A stretch of DNA of 64,000 nucleotides from Macrostomum lignano (Eukaryota): assembly GCA_002269645.1 (NCBI GenBank), contig NIVC01001319.1, positions 62,001 to 126,000 of the forward strand. The letters are read 5' to 3'. Positions 25,016-37,123 of the stretch are shown here, piece by piece. Positions within the stretch are counted from its first letter, which is position 1; each line of letters opens with the position of its first letter. The notes below the pieces were generated by a model, which was not told where the DNA came from, made no database searches, and worked only from the letters and a program-made list of their open reading frames with translations. The position numbers were made by a program, and so were the translations under genes.

Positions 25016-25638
25016 AAGGTTGACAGATATTTTTAGATTTTCAAGGCTTATTGGGGGCATTGCTGAGATGTCAGGGGGGGGGGAAGTTGATATGTTAAAG
25101 CTTGTGGGGGGAATTACTGACATGTCAAGGCTTACAAGGTTTGACAGGAGATTTTTTAAGATTTTAAGGATACATTTAGCTTATTAAAAAAATGTGTATT
25201 GCATTTCTTTGGCTCCCCAATGGGGGGCATAGATTGCTAGTGATAGTCTTACAATATACTCTATCAATTAGCATTTTCTACCAAAATATGGCAATTATGT
25301 CATACAAAATCCCTTTACAATTTACTTAAAGGCACATTAGGTTTTATTAAGATTATTGCAGCAATAATCATAGAATGTAGAGATAATCTTAGAATCTCAT
25401 TTCATTAGTAGATGAACTCAGTATTCCAAGAAGCAAAGATTAATTTCTCTGCCAGAGAAAATCTTGTGCTAGTAAGCATTCCATGGTCTTGTTTTGTTAA
25501 AAATGCTTTGTTAAGTTCCACAGGCTTTGCCAAAGTAGTCATTTCATTTGTCAAAATGGATTCTCCAAAATTGTCTTTTGCCAAAGTGGCCTTTGTCCAA
25601 GTGGTCTTTTATCAAAATGGTCAATACCTAGCTAAATC

Positions 25639-26034
25639 TAGAGGTCAGACGGGATCCCAATCCTGATCCCAAAATCTCGGGATCCCAAAGAAAATTGAAT
25701 TCCCATAGGACTAGAATCCCGACTCTAAAAAACTTGAGATTCGGGAACAGGTCTTTTGATTAAAAATTTATAGAATTAGTGATTACTTGAAGGTATTTTG
25801 CTTTAACTTGTACTCGTTACATTATTTACTTTGTTGGTTACAAAACTTCATATCAATTTTTTGTGTTTTACTTCTTGATCTTGACAATCTTTTCTCAATT
25901 TTGTTTAACTGTCTTTACATGGACAATACACTAAAAGACCTGATCCCAATTCTTGAATCCCGATCCTGATCCTAAGAAAAGAATCATTCCTGATCCCGAT
26001 CCCGCCCGAAGATTTTAATCCTGTCTGACCTCTA
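25639..26034. mobile_element. Non-autonomous hAT-type MITE, 396 bp
   Basis: 17-bp TIR TAGAGGTCAGAC(G/A)GGAT; 8-bp TSD GCTAAATC at 25631-25638 and 26035-26042; subterminal GATCCC repeats. Confidence 0.9.
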
Positions 26035-26371
26035 GCTAAATCAATGACAAACAGACTGATAGACAAATAGACAAATAGCACAAAATATATAGACTTAAAC
26101 TCTATAAGTAGGCCTATTACTTTTATAAATTTTGATAAAAAATTATAGGCCTATTAGTATTACATAGGGGGCTATATTGGCCTATAGCTATATGTAGTAC
26201 AATTAAATTTTGTGCTAGGCCTAATTTTTTCATTTTAGGCCTAATTTTTCATTTTAGGCCTAATTAGGTTGACAGAATAGAAGCAATCATTCATTTACTG
26301 AGGAACCCACAAAATTATCAGTATGATTTTTGTTTTTTGAAGAATATCAAAATCAAATCTAGCTAGACGGC

Positions 26372-26945
26372 CAGGTTGCGGATGGTATGCATGTACGCCG
26401 GAACTTTTCCGGCGTACAAAACGGCCACCCTAAGTCCTTGGCGTACACAATCGGCGTACACAACCCCTGGCGCACTTTGTTGGCGTACACTATTGGCGTA
26501 CACAAGTAACACAGCCACGCATACTTTTTTGGCGTACAAATTTTGGTGAATAAATTCATGCCGTGCATGAAAATTGTAAAGTAAATTAACGTTTTTACGT
26601 AAAGTAAAGGAAAATTAATATCGTCAATGATAAACTTTTTGCTTATTTTAAGTTAAAAAAAATAAAATTAGTGTAAAATTTTGCTGAAAGTATTAATTTT
26701 TCATAATATTTTTTGTAGGTAGTATTTAAGTTTGTTTAAACTGAAAAAATTCGTAATATTTTAAAGACACTTTTCATACCAAAGCATTTCCTGGAAAACT
26801 CTACTCGTGAAAACCGAATGACCTTTTTTTAGGAATTTTTGGTGTACATTTTAGTGCAACTTTTTGTTTTTGGCGTACACTGGCGTACAAAGTCCTTGAC
26901 GCCCGAATTTTTTCCGGCGTACACGGGTACATGATCCGCACACTA
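26372..26945. mobile_element. MITE-like element with imperfect TIRs
   Basis: TGCGGAT...TGTACGCCGGAA at the left end mirrors TTCCGGCGTACA...ATCCGCA at the right end; multiple GGCGTACA subterminal repeats; AT-rich core; no clear TSD. Confidence 0.6.
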
Positions 26946-28354
26946 GACCCAAGTGGGGAAATTGCTGCTAATTTTTAGAAAAATTAATTAGAAAACACAT
27001 CACTACTTTTGGCATTGCTGGGTATTGATTAATAATTACTTGCAATCTGTGAAGGTTTAGCCATAGGTATAGATAAGGTATAGATAAAAAAGAGCCAAAA
27101 AATGAAGCAGTAAAACAAGCAGTATAAACGAATGAAAATGGACTTATGCCATAAGACAATGTGTAAAACCAACAGCAGTTACAGATGCTGATGCAGAACC
27201 AACTTCATGTGGTTCAAGAATGGCTGGCACATTCTTGAGCAGAAGTAGGCCTAGGCCTATCGCCAATACTAAGTCTGCTTACAACAAATGAGGCAATTTC
27301 ATCTCAATCTCTGGTCTAGGAGACAAGTTCAAGAGCAGATCCATCGTGCAAGATGAGTCCAATAGGCAAGCAGTTCGCCAGCTTCCCCGATCTGCTGCGG
27401 CTGCTGAGGGGCTGATCAAAGCGATACCTAAGGACATGTGGTCAGCGTGGATTAAAGAGTTGCAACATTGCAAGCCGATACCATAGGGCCTAACCATTGA
27501 CAAGTTCATTCGACAGAATGGCGATAACTTTGAAGATTTTCACGATTGGTGATCTGTTTCTCAAAGTTAAAGTTTTGTTGAGTTAAAGATTGTATTTCTA
27601 ATTTATACGATTATAGGTTTCTCAGTAAACGATTGATTGCTTTTGCTATGTCAACCCGATTTAGCTCAAACTTAAGCATTGAATTCATTACATATAGATC
27701 ATTTTTCTGTAGGCTAATGGTTTATCAAAACCAATCGAACAGATGCAGAGATATGAGGGGTGTCTATGAATTGTTTGGACGCACTAAGGTATATTATTAG
27801 TGGAAGGCCAGAAGGGCCTTCTTTTTTTACAGGTTTTTTTATCATTTTTACCAGAAAATCCAACTTTCTATGCAAGTTCAAATCTGCGCGTTTCTAAGAA
27901 AAACACTTCGTTTTGATACACGTATCTTGTAAGATATTTTCGTAACTTATTTCTTTCTTTTAAACGAACGGAAATTTTAGTATAATATAGACGCGATCTG
28001 GGCGATGAGAAAACCACTCGTTCTGATCAGCTTCGAATCAGCCTTTCAGCAATTACTGGCTTTAGTTTTTAGGATTTAAAAGATTTAAAAGATTTAAAAG
28101 CTCTCGAGCTGCCCCCTCCCACAGAAGATATTCGCCCTAGCGCAGCTTGGTGGCATTAGTGGAATTTTAGAGGACAGAGGCAACCTCTACGACAACTTTT
28201 GTGGCAGCGTGAAGGCTCAGAGAAACGGCAGAACTTTGACAGATCAGGAAGCGGCACAAATCCGATAGATCTCATCAGAGAAACGGTGAGAATTCGATGG
28301 ATTAGCGAGAGGATGACTGTGTAATTAGAGAAACTGGGACATAGGAAATAAGAT

Positions 28355-29780
28355 ATGGCCAACGCTAATGATGCGATTGCTGTGCTAGCTGAAGAACAAC
28401 GAAACAGACTTCAAATTATGACCTCAAAGGATGTATATGTATGTGAAAATTCAGAGAAGTTCACGCCTGGCCAAGACACCAGGGTCTGGCTGACCGCGTT
28501 TGACCAGCGCTGTGAAGCTGAAGGTATTGAAAAAGATCACCAGAAGCAAGAGCTTCTCGCAACCTGCATGGCTACTGCGTTTGCAGCAGTTCAGCGTCTA
28601 AACCTCGATCCCAGATGACCTCCCAGTGGAACGTTGGCAGCATGGACCACGTAGTTCAGCAGAATTCAGAGGTCGAATGCAAGGCGGAATTAAACGAGTC
28701 ACTGGAGTCATACCCTGACTGTCTAATTGAGCTAGCTTCGTGAGCTTTCCCGAACATGACTATATGGAGCAGCGCGAAGAAGAGATCGTGAAACAGTTCA
28801 TCCAGGGTGTGAGAATTCTATCTGAGACCCATAAGAAGCTCATCTTTGCTCAACCAGCTAATCTGCAAGAGGCCAGAAGGATGCTCATGGAGGATGAAAG
28901 CAGCCTGGAACATTTCCCGTAAGAATTTAGGTATAAGAGTAGCCAAGAGTGAGGAAGAACAAGAACAGAAGGCTGAACAGGAAAAGCTGGAAGAAATCAC
29001 CAAGTGCCTAGAGTTGCTACTAACGAGTAGCATCCGGAGAATATGCAATTCGGACAAATACTTAAAATTGGCTCTCCAGAACTCTAAAATTTAATTGGAT
29101 CAAACTATCACACTATGATTCACCAGCTCTTTGTTTGAATTTGGGCTAATCGTCTCTGGACTCTTAACCGGTGTTGACTCAGCGTCTGGCAGTAATCTAA
29201 CGGTCGGCTAAATGTCACCGAACTCTTAAGGTACTAAATAACAACTAGCGCTATTTCCGGTGACAAATATCCTAAATAACTTAGATTATGGTATAGCTGC
29301 GAGTAGTTGGGTCTAAGGCTATACTGTTATGCATGTTAACCCAATCGAAGGACGTCGCCCTGAGATGGTCTGATAGAGAAAGGCTAAGCTTTCTTGATAA
29401 GTTGCGGAACCTCACAATGTTAATTAACAATAATAATTCTTTACAACATAAACATATGAAACTAGATTGTTCTTCGAGCGACCTAGGACAGCGGCAGATC
29501 CTTATTTTTACCCTAAGGTCGACGGAGTTAATACATGCTCTTTACTTGATACTGCTTCAACCAAGAAGGTTTTGACTAGAAATGCTTGGGGGGGGGAATT
29601 TTTGTTGGCGAGAACCGTAGAGGAATTCGCCCGAGTTTCGAACAGGTCCTGTCCTTTAATGACGTAGATATTCCGTTGTTCGGCGAGGCCGAAGCATCTG
29701 TGCAAATCGGGGATCTCCGTGTTAAGTTGAATTAAGTTCCTGTTGTGCAAACAAGACACCGAGAATGTTCTAGGCATGCA
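28355..29780 (+). pseudogene. Degenerate Ty3/Gypsy gag-protease remnant
   Basis: EKFTPGQDTRVWLTAFDQRCEAEG (gag N-terminus), FIQGV...PANLQEA, and ADPYFYPKVDGVNTCSLLDTAS (aspartic protease DTA); several frameshifts and stops. Confidence 0.65.
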
Positions 29781-30185
29781 GTTAACACTCCGTTATTGTC
29801 AGACACTAAATTAAAGTTCCCGGAAGGTATTCTTGTCCTGAAAAACGACCTGTGTCCCTATCTCTGTTATTCTAAAGTTCCGCCACGGACTTGTAAAGTG
29901 CTTTCGACTGAGAGAATAGAAGTGGCAGCTGCTAGCAGCGCCTTGTGCGTGCATACATCAGACTGGTAATGAGAGTAAACCGAGGCATGAACCGAAGGCT
30001 TCGATTCATTCTTTTCCGATCTGTGTTGCTTTCCAGGACTTGTTGAGCGTCTCAATTAGAAACTTGAAAACAATTATCACAATTGTCTCCTAGAGACAAG
30101 ACGAGAGTGGTACGTTGGTAAAACAATCTTCGCTCATCTGAATAATCTTACACTCATTCCTCCTAAGAGACAGGGACAATGGATA

Positions 30186-30732
30186 ATAATAATAATAATA
30201 ATAGTTACGCCCCACGCCAGCCACGGGAGTGGCCAAGAGGGGGGAGCGTCAAATCGCGCGTTTCAGAGCCAGGTCTCTAATGTGCTTCACACCGGCCGTC
30301 TGGCTGGGTGCTCGCGCATCTTTAAAAAGGCGGTCGACGTAGCGGGCTGATCGTCCCTGACCACGCCTGCGCGGTCCCTGCGGGGTCCACAGCAGGACGT
30401 CCTGCAGCGGCTCTGGGCAGTAGGCTTCGGCCCGGATGACATGTCCGGCAAGCCGCAGGCGCCGCTGACTCAGCAGGGCAGAAGGCCGCGTCAGGCCTGT
30501 GCGTTTGTACAGGGACTCGGTTGTCTCGCTGCCAGGGCCGCGGCGGGCGCCGAAAGCGGCGCGGACTAGGGCCGCATGCGCCGCGTCGAGCTGCGCCTCA
30601 AGCGCCCCGGTCAGCGTCCAGGTCTCAGCATTGTACAGCAGGGCGGTCTCAACAACCGCCTGGAACAGCTGGGACCTGGCGCCGTCGGACAGGGCCTCGG
30701 AGAGCAGCACCGCCCGCACAGATCGGAAGGCA
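30186..30732 (-). mobile_element. 5'-truncated non-LTR retrotransposon (RTE-like), 547 bp
   Basis: Open ORF2 C-terminus (LLYNAETWTLT...RRLRLAGHV...GRSARYVD) ending at 30249; (TAT)n tail; 11-bp TSD GACAATGGATA at 30175-30185 and 30733-30743. Confidence 0.85.
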
Positions 30733-31967
30733 GACAATGGATACTCAGGCTCTAGATGCTAGCATAGGTGAAACTGACAGAAATCTAGACTTGGATGCAG
30801 AAGAGCAAGATCAGAATAGTTAATCCGCCAGAAGTCCATAGACCAGATAGTCAGACTAATATTAATCAGGATAGGACTGAACATTTGCAATCAAGTTGCG
30901 AACCAAATCTATTCTCTGAGGCAGTGAAAAGTAAGCACTGACAGTGTAACAAATAGCTGAAAAATTCCTCCTCCAGACGATCCGAAACCAAGCCAAATCC
31001 AAGGCAAAGGTAGAGGTGACAATAGGCCCAATTTTATGGCCTAGAGAATTAGTCATCCCCACTGTACATACAGCCTAGGAATAGCAATGTAGCAATGTAC
31101 GCCAAACCCCACGCAGCCACCGCGTGATGGGAAATGAAGGGGGCCAGAGCGACAAATAGCTCATTCTTAGCCAGCCAATCAGTGCAGGTCACATGAGTTC
31201 CATCAATCTAGTAAGCAAATGATCGACTCCTTATAATTGAGAGCAATTGAAATACGATCCTCCTCAAACCAATCCTCTCGCTCGCGAATAGCAGCAAATT
31301 AATCAAGCGCTCCGTAATCTACCTATTCATCCAGCCGACGATCCGTCGAGTTCTGAAAGTGAGTACGAACAATCTGCTCCTAACTGTTTAATTACCTGGA
31401 GGGTTGATAGTGTGGTTCGGGAGAAGAGTTATTAGAAGATCCAGGCGAAAGTTCTGACGAAGCAGTTCCGCCTACGGCACCTGCTAATGAATCTGAGAAA
31501 AATAGTGAAATTGCAATTTGTGAAGCTATTCAAATTAATCCTGCAGGCGATAGTGAATTTGCTGCTGAAGAATTAGACATTTAGATTTCCACTATTGAGA
31601 GCATAGAACGAGATTTAAATTATAATTTGCGCCATCCGGGCAAATCATCTACTCACCACCTTCTTATGGGCAAACGTAGGCTCAAGAAATTCCTAGCCGA
31701 GAATGATAAGAAATGCCTAAGGCGTGAGAAGAGAAACCCCAAGGACCCGTCTGTCTCCTGCATAGGGAACAGATTTGTGATGTGTTTGGAAATGAAATCG
31801 TAGTGTTAATTCGTAAAGTAATTTGTATACTTATTTTCACTCCGAAGAGTGGAATCGTAAGCAAGCGCAGTTCTGAGAAAACAAAGTTCGTCTGGGCCGT
31901 CTCTCTTTCTAGAGAGCAAACGTTAGGAGGTTAGGCCATAGATGTGCTTCGACTAAACCACACATCA

Positions 31968-31980
31968 TCTTCCCCCTCCT
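31968..31980 (-). promoter_or_regulatory. Polypurine tract
   Basis: AGGAGGGGGAAGA immediately precedes the 3' LTR on the minus strand. Confidence 0.85.
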
Positions 31981-31996
31981 CAAGAGAGTCTCATTC

Positions 31997-34693
31997 TTAT
32001 AGTTCTTCGATTAGCCGTCTTGGGGGTATGCCTTTATTCATTCGACCAGATCGCCGGGCTTGCGGGTGCTGGACCCTTGTGGTGGGCTCCAGGTCAATGT
32101 CGACCGTCGACGCCTGGGCCGGCCTGAAGGGAACCAGGTTCCGTGCAGTCCAAACTTTTCCATTGTCGAGGCGATAGGTGAATCTGCCCAAAACTTCTTG
32201 AATGAGGAAGGGTGACGTAAATGGTGATTTGCCTTTCGGCACATGTGGGAGTCGGATGCGCACCATGTCGTTCAGTTTGAAATGTTGCCGAGTACTCGTT
32301 CCGGCTCCAGTTGCTTGCGGGTCGCTAGAATCGCAGCTCTTTAGCTCCTCCGCAATTGGCTTCTCAATTTCTAGTTTACGGGGCTGAAACTTTGTTCGGA
32401 TATCCCGCCCTAGCAGCAGTCGTGCTGGTGAGTCGCCGTCTTCGTTAGGCGTCGTCCGATAGCTGCAGATGACTTGCTGCATTCCCTCTTCGAAGCTTCT
32501 CTTATCCGCTTCAAAGGTTTGCGCAGCATGCTTAAGTGTCCGGTTAAAAACTTCTACTTTACCATTTCTCCTTGGCTCATATAGCGGAACGCAGTCATGC
32601 CTGATGTCGCGCGAGGCGAGGAAGTTTTTCATTTCAGTGGAGACGAAGCTGCTTCCATTGTCGGACACCAGGACATCCGGGTTTCCAAAACGGTCGAATG
32701 TTTCCGTCAGCCACTTGATAATCTTCGCCGATCTGATGTCTCCAGTCAGGAGAATTTCAGGGTAGGACGAGTAGTAGTCTATCAAGGCAACAATAAATCG
32801 CTGAGTTTGAGGAGCTATCGCGAATGGGCCAGAGATGTCGATTGCCAGCTTTGACCACGGGCGCTCAGGCTTTTGTATAGAATTCCCGTCTGGTACAATG
32901 ACTCTATGGGACTTTGCGCTGTCCTGACAAGCTAGGCAATGCTTGACGTAGTTATTGATTGCTCTGTCCATATCTGGCCACCAGTAAGCAGATCGCAGGA
33001 GACGCTTCATCCTCACAATGCCGGGGTGTCCTTCATGCGCGCGTTTTAGTATTTGCGGTTGTAGTTTAGAAGGCGGCACAATTTGTTCGCCACGAAATAA
33101 AATGTTCTTGTCAATCGTCAGTTCATCCTGGACTTGTCGAAAGGCACTAGCTTCCGATCGTTTGTCGATAGGTCTGGAGAGTCGCGTAGATTCCATTACA
33201 ATCTGCAATAGCTCATCGGTCTTCGTCAGTTCTTGCAAGTTCTGCATATTTATGTTAATTGCACTGCTGACTGCAAGGATGCTCTTGACCGTATTTTCGT
33301 TGTCCATATCGACATCTCTTATTCCGTCGTTAATGGGGAGCCGCGAAAGGGCATCAGCCACCTTGTTGGTGCTTCCTGGCTTGTAGATAATATCGTAACT
33401 GAATTCGGACAGTCTTACAAGCCAGCGAGTGAATTTAGCTGATTTTGTCTTATTAGTGTGGTGTCGAAGAAGACTTGTGAGCGCTGAATGATCGGTCTGC
33501 AGGGTGAACTGCCGTCCAAGCAGATATTTGGCAAAATGCTCACATGCCCAGACGCAAGCGAGGGCTTCGCGCTCGTTCACTGCGTAGTTTCGTTCCCTAT
33601 CAGACAGTGTGTGGGACGCGAAAGAGATAGGTACTTCGTTACCATTCGGCTGTCGTTGCGAAAGGACCGATACTTCGGCAGCCGTGTCGAGGAGAGCGCT
33701 GTAGCTGCCTCTCTTGCCTACAAGGGTGACTTCGACGGACGGCGTCTCGTGTCTGCTGACCAGTCTCACCTTCTCGCGGACATGGTTGACGCTCTTCTTC
33801 TGGGTTCTCCTCTGGGATATTATACACTGCGCTGCAAAATGGTTAGGTTTGCCACATCCTTTGCACAATTTTCCAAGGGCTGGACACTTTGGGTCACGAT
33901 AGAGATGAGTGTTGGATCCGCAACCCATGCACTGCTTATTATGTTGTTTTCCCTTGTCAAAGCGTGCGGGTGGGGCACCGGCATCTGCTTTCCGTCGACG
34001 TGGCGGCCCACTTTTAGAGCTCGGCTGGCTTTGCACTTGCTGAACTGGGGCTGGAGCGCCGCTTCGGATTATCTGGCCGGTCTCGGTGGCTGCTTCATCG
34101 GCCCGCATAGCGGTCAGAAACGTCTGCAGATCGATGGCTTGCTCAGTTAATAGCTTCTCCTGGGTGCTCTTTGACGCGCAGCCGATGACAAGCTGCATTG
34201 CCAGTTGGCGGTCTTCGCCGGCTCCGTACTCGCAGTCCGTGATTAGCGTGCGAAGGGCAGTAAAGTAGTCATTTACCGACTCGCCCGTTTCTTGCTTGCG
34301 GCGTCGAAACTCATATTCGGCTCGGACGGGGTTTTTCGCCGTTGAAAATATTGGCTTCAGCTCATCGACATACTCTGTGAAGCTGGAGTTCTCTTTGTCC
34401 TTCACGCAGTGTGCGTAGAGAATTCGTCTTCCTTCAGACCCCAAAGACGTACGCAGAAATGCTTTCTTAAAAGCCTCCGAGAGCTGTGTGCCTGTTGTCG
34501 TCTCTGTAAGGTAGTAGAAATCCGATACCTCTCTTTGCCAGATGTCCCACTTGGTTGTCGGATCGCCAGGTAGCTCCAGAAACTTGGACGGTTGTGGTAT
34601 TGAGACGCGGATTGCTTGGTGATTCGTCGTCGAGGCCAATGGTTCTCGGCTCGTATTCGGCTTTCCTACCGGCGGTGGCGTCTTTGGCGGCAT
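31997..34693 (-). CDS. Gag / partial protease / partial RNase H / integrase polyprotein, ~898 aa
   Basis: Gag with CKGCGKPNHFAAQC knuckle; LLDTAAEVSVLS joined directly to EVPISFASHTLSDRERNY...TDHSAL (RNase H); HEGHPG...CLAC zinc finger; integrase D,D35E (IDISGP, SDNG, NGKVE). No RT motifs. Confidence 0.93.
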   Translation of the reverse strand: MPPKTPPPVGKPNTSREPLASTTNHQAIRVSIPQPSKFLELPGDPTTKWDIWQREVSDFYYLTETTTGTQLSEAFKKAFLRTSLGSEGRRILYAHCVKDKENSSFTEYVDELKPIFSTAKNPVRAEYEFRRRKQETGESVNDYFTALRTLITDCEYGAGEDRQLAMQLVIGCASKSTQEKLLTEQAIDLQTFLTAMRADEAATETGQIIRSGAPAPVQQVQSQPSSKSGPPRRRKADAGAPPARFDKGKQHNKQCMGCGSNTHLYRDPKCPALGKLCKGCGKPNHFAAQCIISQRRTQKKSVNHVREKVRLVSRHETPSVEVTLVGKRGSYSALLDTAAEVSVLSQRQPNGNEVPISFASHTLSDRERNYAVNEREALACVWACEHFAKYLLGRQFTLQTDHSALTSLLRHHTNKTKSAKFTRWLVRLSEFSYDIIYKPGSTNKVADALSRLPINDGIRDVDMDNENTVKSILAVSSAININMQNLQELTKTDELLQIVMESTRLSRPIDKRSEASAFRQVQDELTIDKNILFRGEQIVPPSKLQPQILKRAHEGHPGIVRMKRLLRSAYWWPDMDRAINNYVKHCLACQDSAKSHRVIVPDGNSIQKPERPWSKLAIDISGPFAIAPQTQRFIVALIDYYSSYPEILLTGDIRSAKIIKWLTETFDRFGNPDVLVSDNGSSFVSTEMKNFLASRDIRHDCVPLYEPRRNGKVEVFNRTLKHAAQTFEADKRSFEEGMQQVICSYRTTPNEDGDSPARLLLGRDIRTKFQPRKLEIEKPIAEELKSCDSSDPQATGAGTSTRQHFKLNDMVRIRLPHVPKGKSPFTSPFLIQEVLGRFTYRLDNGKVWTARNLVPFRPAQASTVDIDLEPTTRVQHPQARRSGRMNKGIPPRRLIEEL

Positions 34694-34703
34694 CGGTTCG
34701 CAA

Positions 34704-34716
34704 ATCCTCGTCGCCA
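34704..34716 (-). promoter_or_regulatory. Primer-binding site complementary to tRNA-Ser(GCU) 3' end
   Basis: TGGCGACGAGGAT 2 nt inside the 5' LTR; matches the animal tRNA-Ser(GCU) end AUCCUCGUCGCCA (from memory). Confidence 0.8.
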
Positions 34717-36559
34717 ATTGATGTGTTTTGAAATGAAATCGTAGTGTTAATTCGTAAAGTAATTTGTATATTTATTTTCACTCCGAAGAGTGGAATCGTA
34801 AGCAAGCGCAGTTCTGAGAAAACAAAGTTCGTCTGGGCCGTCTCTCTTTCTAGAGAGCAAACGTTAGGAGGTTAGGCCATAGATGTGCTTCGACTAAACC
34901 ACACATCAATTTGGTTGCCTAGACAACTGGGTTCGAATTTAATCCTTAACCCGAACAGTGGTCTCTTGCATTGTGCACCGCACCGAAATATTTATTCCAA
35001 ATGCTTATTTAAAACATTTACTCAGTCTTGCTCATAATTGCTTAATTTGGTTTATCACCTTGCCCACCTTTTTTAATGAACTGAAAATGAAGTAGCAATC
35101 TTGCAATTGCATTTTTGGGCCAAGTGTCCACTCATCCAGGTAACTGAGGGGTTAATGAATGGTCGCGAATTTTGGGCGCTTTGTGCCCCGATGAGTAAGC
35201 GCCGCCGCCTCCTCGTGTCAGTCTGACCCCCTTGTGGATAGAGAATTTAATTGGGTTATTTGTCCCATCCTTGTTACTCTCCGGTCGGCACTGCGTATTC
35301 CGATAATTGAGCCACTTAGAAAAGCAAATAAAAATCTCATTCCAAAATACCACTAAAATCAAACCACAATATAGCTAGTAAATGTTGTTCCAGAGAGGGA
35401 AATGAGTCTAGTTCCTTCTCTAAGAACCTTGATATCTTTCCTTTTAACAGGATGACCGAGCAGCCAGCACTGCCTGAGGATCGGGATCTGGAGCTCTGAC
35501 GAGCCACCCAGAAGGTGGAGCTGCTGCGCTGGATACGGAGGTTTGGCATCTCTGCGCCCGAAATAGAATCAGCACGGCAGAGGTCCCCTGCCTAAACGTT
35601 GGGAAGACGGCGGATGAAATCGCCAAGCAGGCCCGCAACACCCGAAGATCCGCCCAACGACGCCTCAATCGACACTTAAAGGCAGAGGCGGCGAAAGAGG
35701 CCAAGCGGACGTCGTCAGGAAACCCGTCGGCAAACCAGGCAACGGAGTCCGTGGGTCGACCCGGGTCTTTCCGGATCTCGCCTATAGCAGAAGCATCAGT
35801 CGAGCGAATCCAGCGGCTGTGGGCCGTGATGCCAACGTCGGCTGCGCAGATTCAGGAGGAGATACCTCTGCCAAAGGTTGCACCACCAGCGATTGCGCTA
35901 CCTAGGGTCCTGGCCGAGCGACAGACTCTGCAGTGCAGTGACAACCTGACCTTGCTGCCGTAGTGATTGAAATTATTTGGTTTGTCACACTTTGTAATTG
36001 AGCCTGTCAAATGTTTTTTTTATTCTGTGAGCGAGCTAATCAATTGCTAATCCCTGTAACTGCATCCACTTAATCCGCTAATCTCGTCATTGACTATAAC
36101 TACTTTATTAACTTTCATGACTGCTTTGGTGCAGTAACCCTTATTGTCGAACTAATTAAGTATATTTACTTTCGTATGGGAGTGGTGTAACGTGCTAAGT
36201 TTTATGTGAAGTTTCCCTTGCTCGAGGGATATTAATTAACAGTGTCATCCGTGCTCTTATAGTAGGTCGTCGATGTATATTGACAATTATTTTGGTAATA
36301 ATAATACTAACAGTACTAGAATATATTAATAATGCTATTGACTACTATTGAAATAAAAAAAACGTTACTAATCACTTTATTGGTCAAATTAGTTTTTTTA
36401 GTTTTTTCATTAGTCCAGATCAGAAAAGAGTTGTGGTCACAGTCTCTGTGTATTCTGTAGTTGTGGTAGTGCTCCTGGGATATAACGTAGTATCGTAAAT
36501 AGTAATTAAATATGTATACATAAAAAATGAAAAATCTGTCCTTTTTCGAAAAGAGAGGA

Positions 36560-37067
36560 GAGGCGATAAAGGATAATAAGGGATAAGAGAAAAGGTAGAA
36601 GATAGTAGGAGAGACGAGGGGGTGAGGTCGATGAGAGAGAAAGGGGAAGAAGAGGGGAGAGAGGAGAAGCGAGATGAGAGAGATAAGATTAGAGAGGAGA
36701 GAGTAGAGAGGAGCGAGTAGAGAAGAGAGAGAAGAGATTAGAGAGCAGAGAGCTGCAGATGAGAGGAGAAAGGAGAGAGGAGCAGAGAGGAGAGAGGAAA
36801 GAGGTGAAAGGAGAGATGAGAGATTAAAGGGAAGAGAGAAGAGATCAAAATACATCTCTACATCTCAAAGGTTGTAGAGATGAGAGAGGTGCAAGGAGAG
36901 ATGAGAAATGAGAGATCAGAGAATATGACAGATGAAAGAGGGGGATGAGGCAGCAAAGACGAGAGTGAACAGACGGGAGATGGGAGTTTAGATAGAACGA
37001 GGAGAGATAAGAGAAAAGATATTACAGAGATGAGAAGAGAGAGGAGAATAGAAATGGGAGAGAGAGA

Positions 37068-37123
<56 letters not shown>

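Larger units (their letters stand above)
31778..34908 (-). mobile_element. Ty3/Gypsy LTR retrotransposon lacking RT, 3131 bp
   Basis: 190-bp LTRs (34719-34908 and 31778-31967) bounded by TGATGTG...CACATCA, 2 mismatches by eye; 5-bp TSD ATTTG; PBS and PPT present. Confidence 0.97.

Noticed and set aside
33641-33680. Gypsy RT loss as a spliced-out intron
   Set aside because: The parent sequence is unavailable and the junction shows no evident splice signature; a simple deletion is equally likely.
35478-35963. ~160-codon open frame on + (VGKTADEIAKQARNTRRSAQRRL...)
   Set aside because: No early ATG, no convincing splice sites that keep frame, and no recognisable domain.
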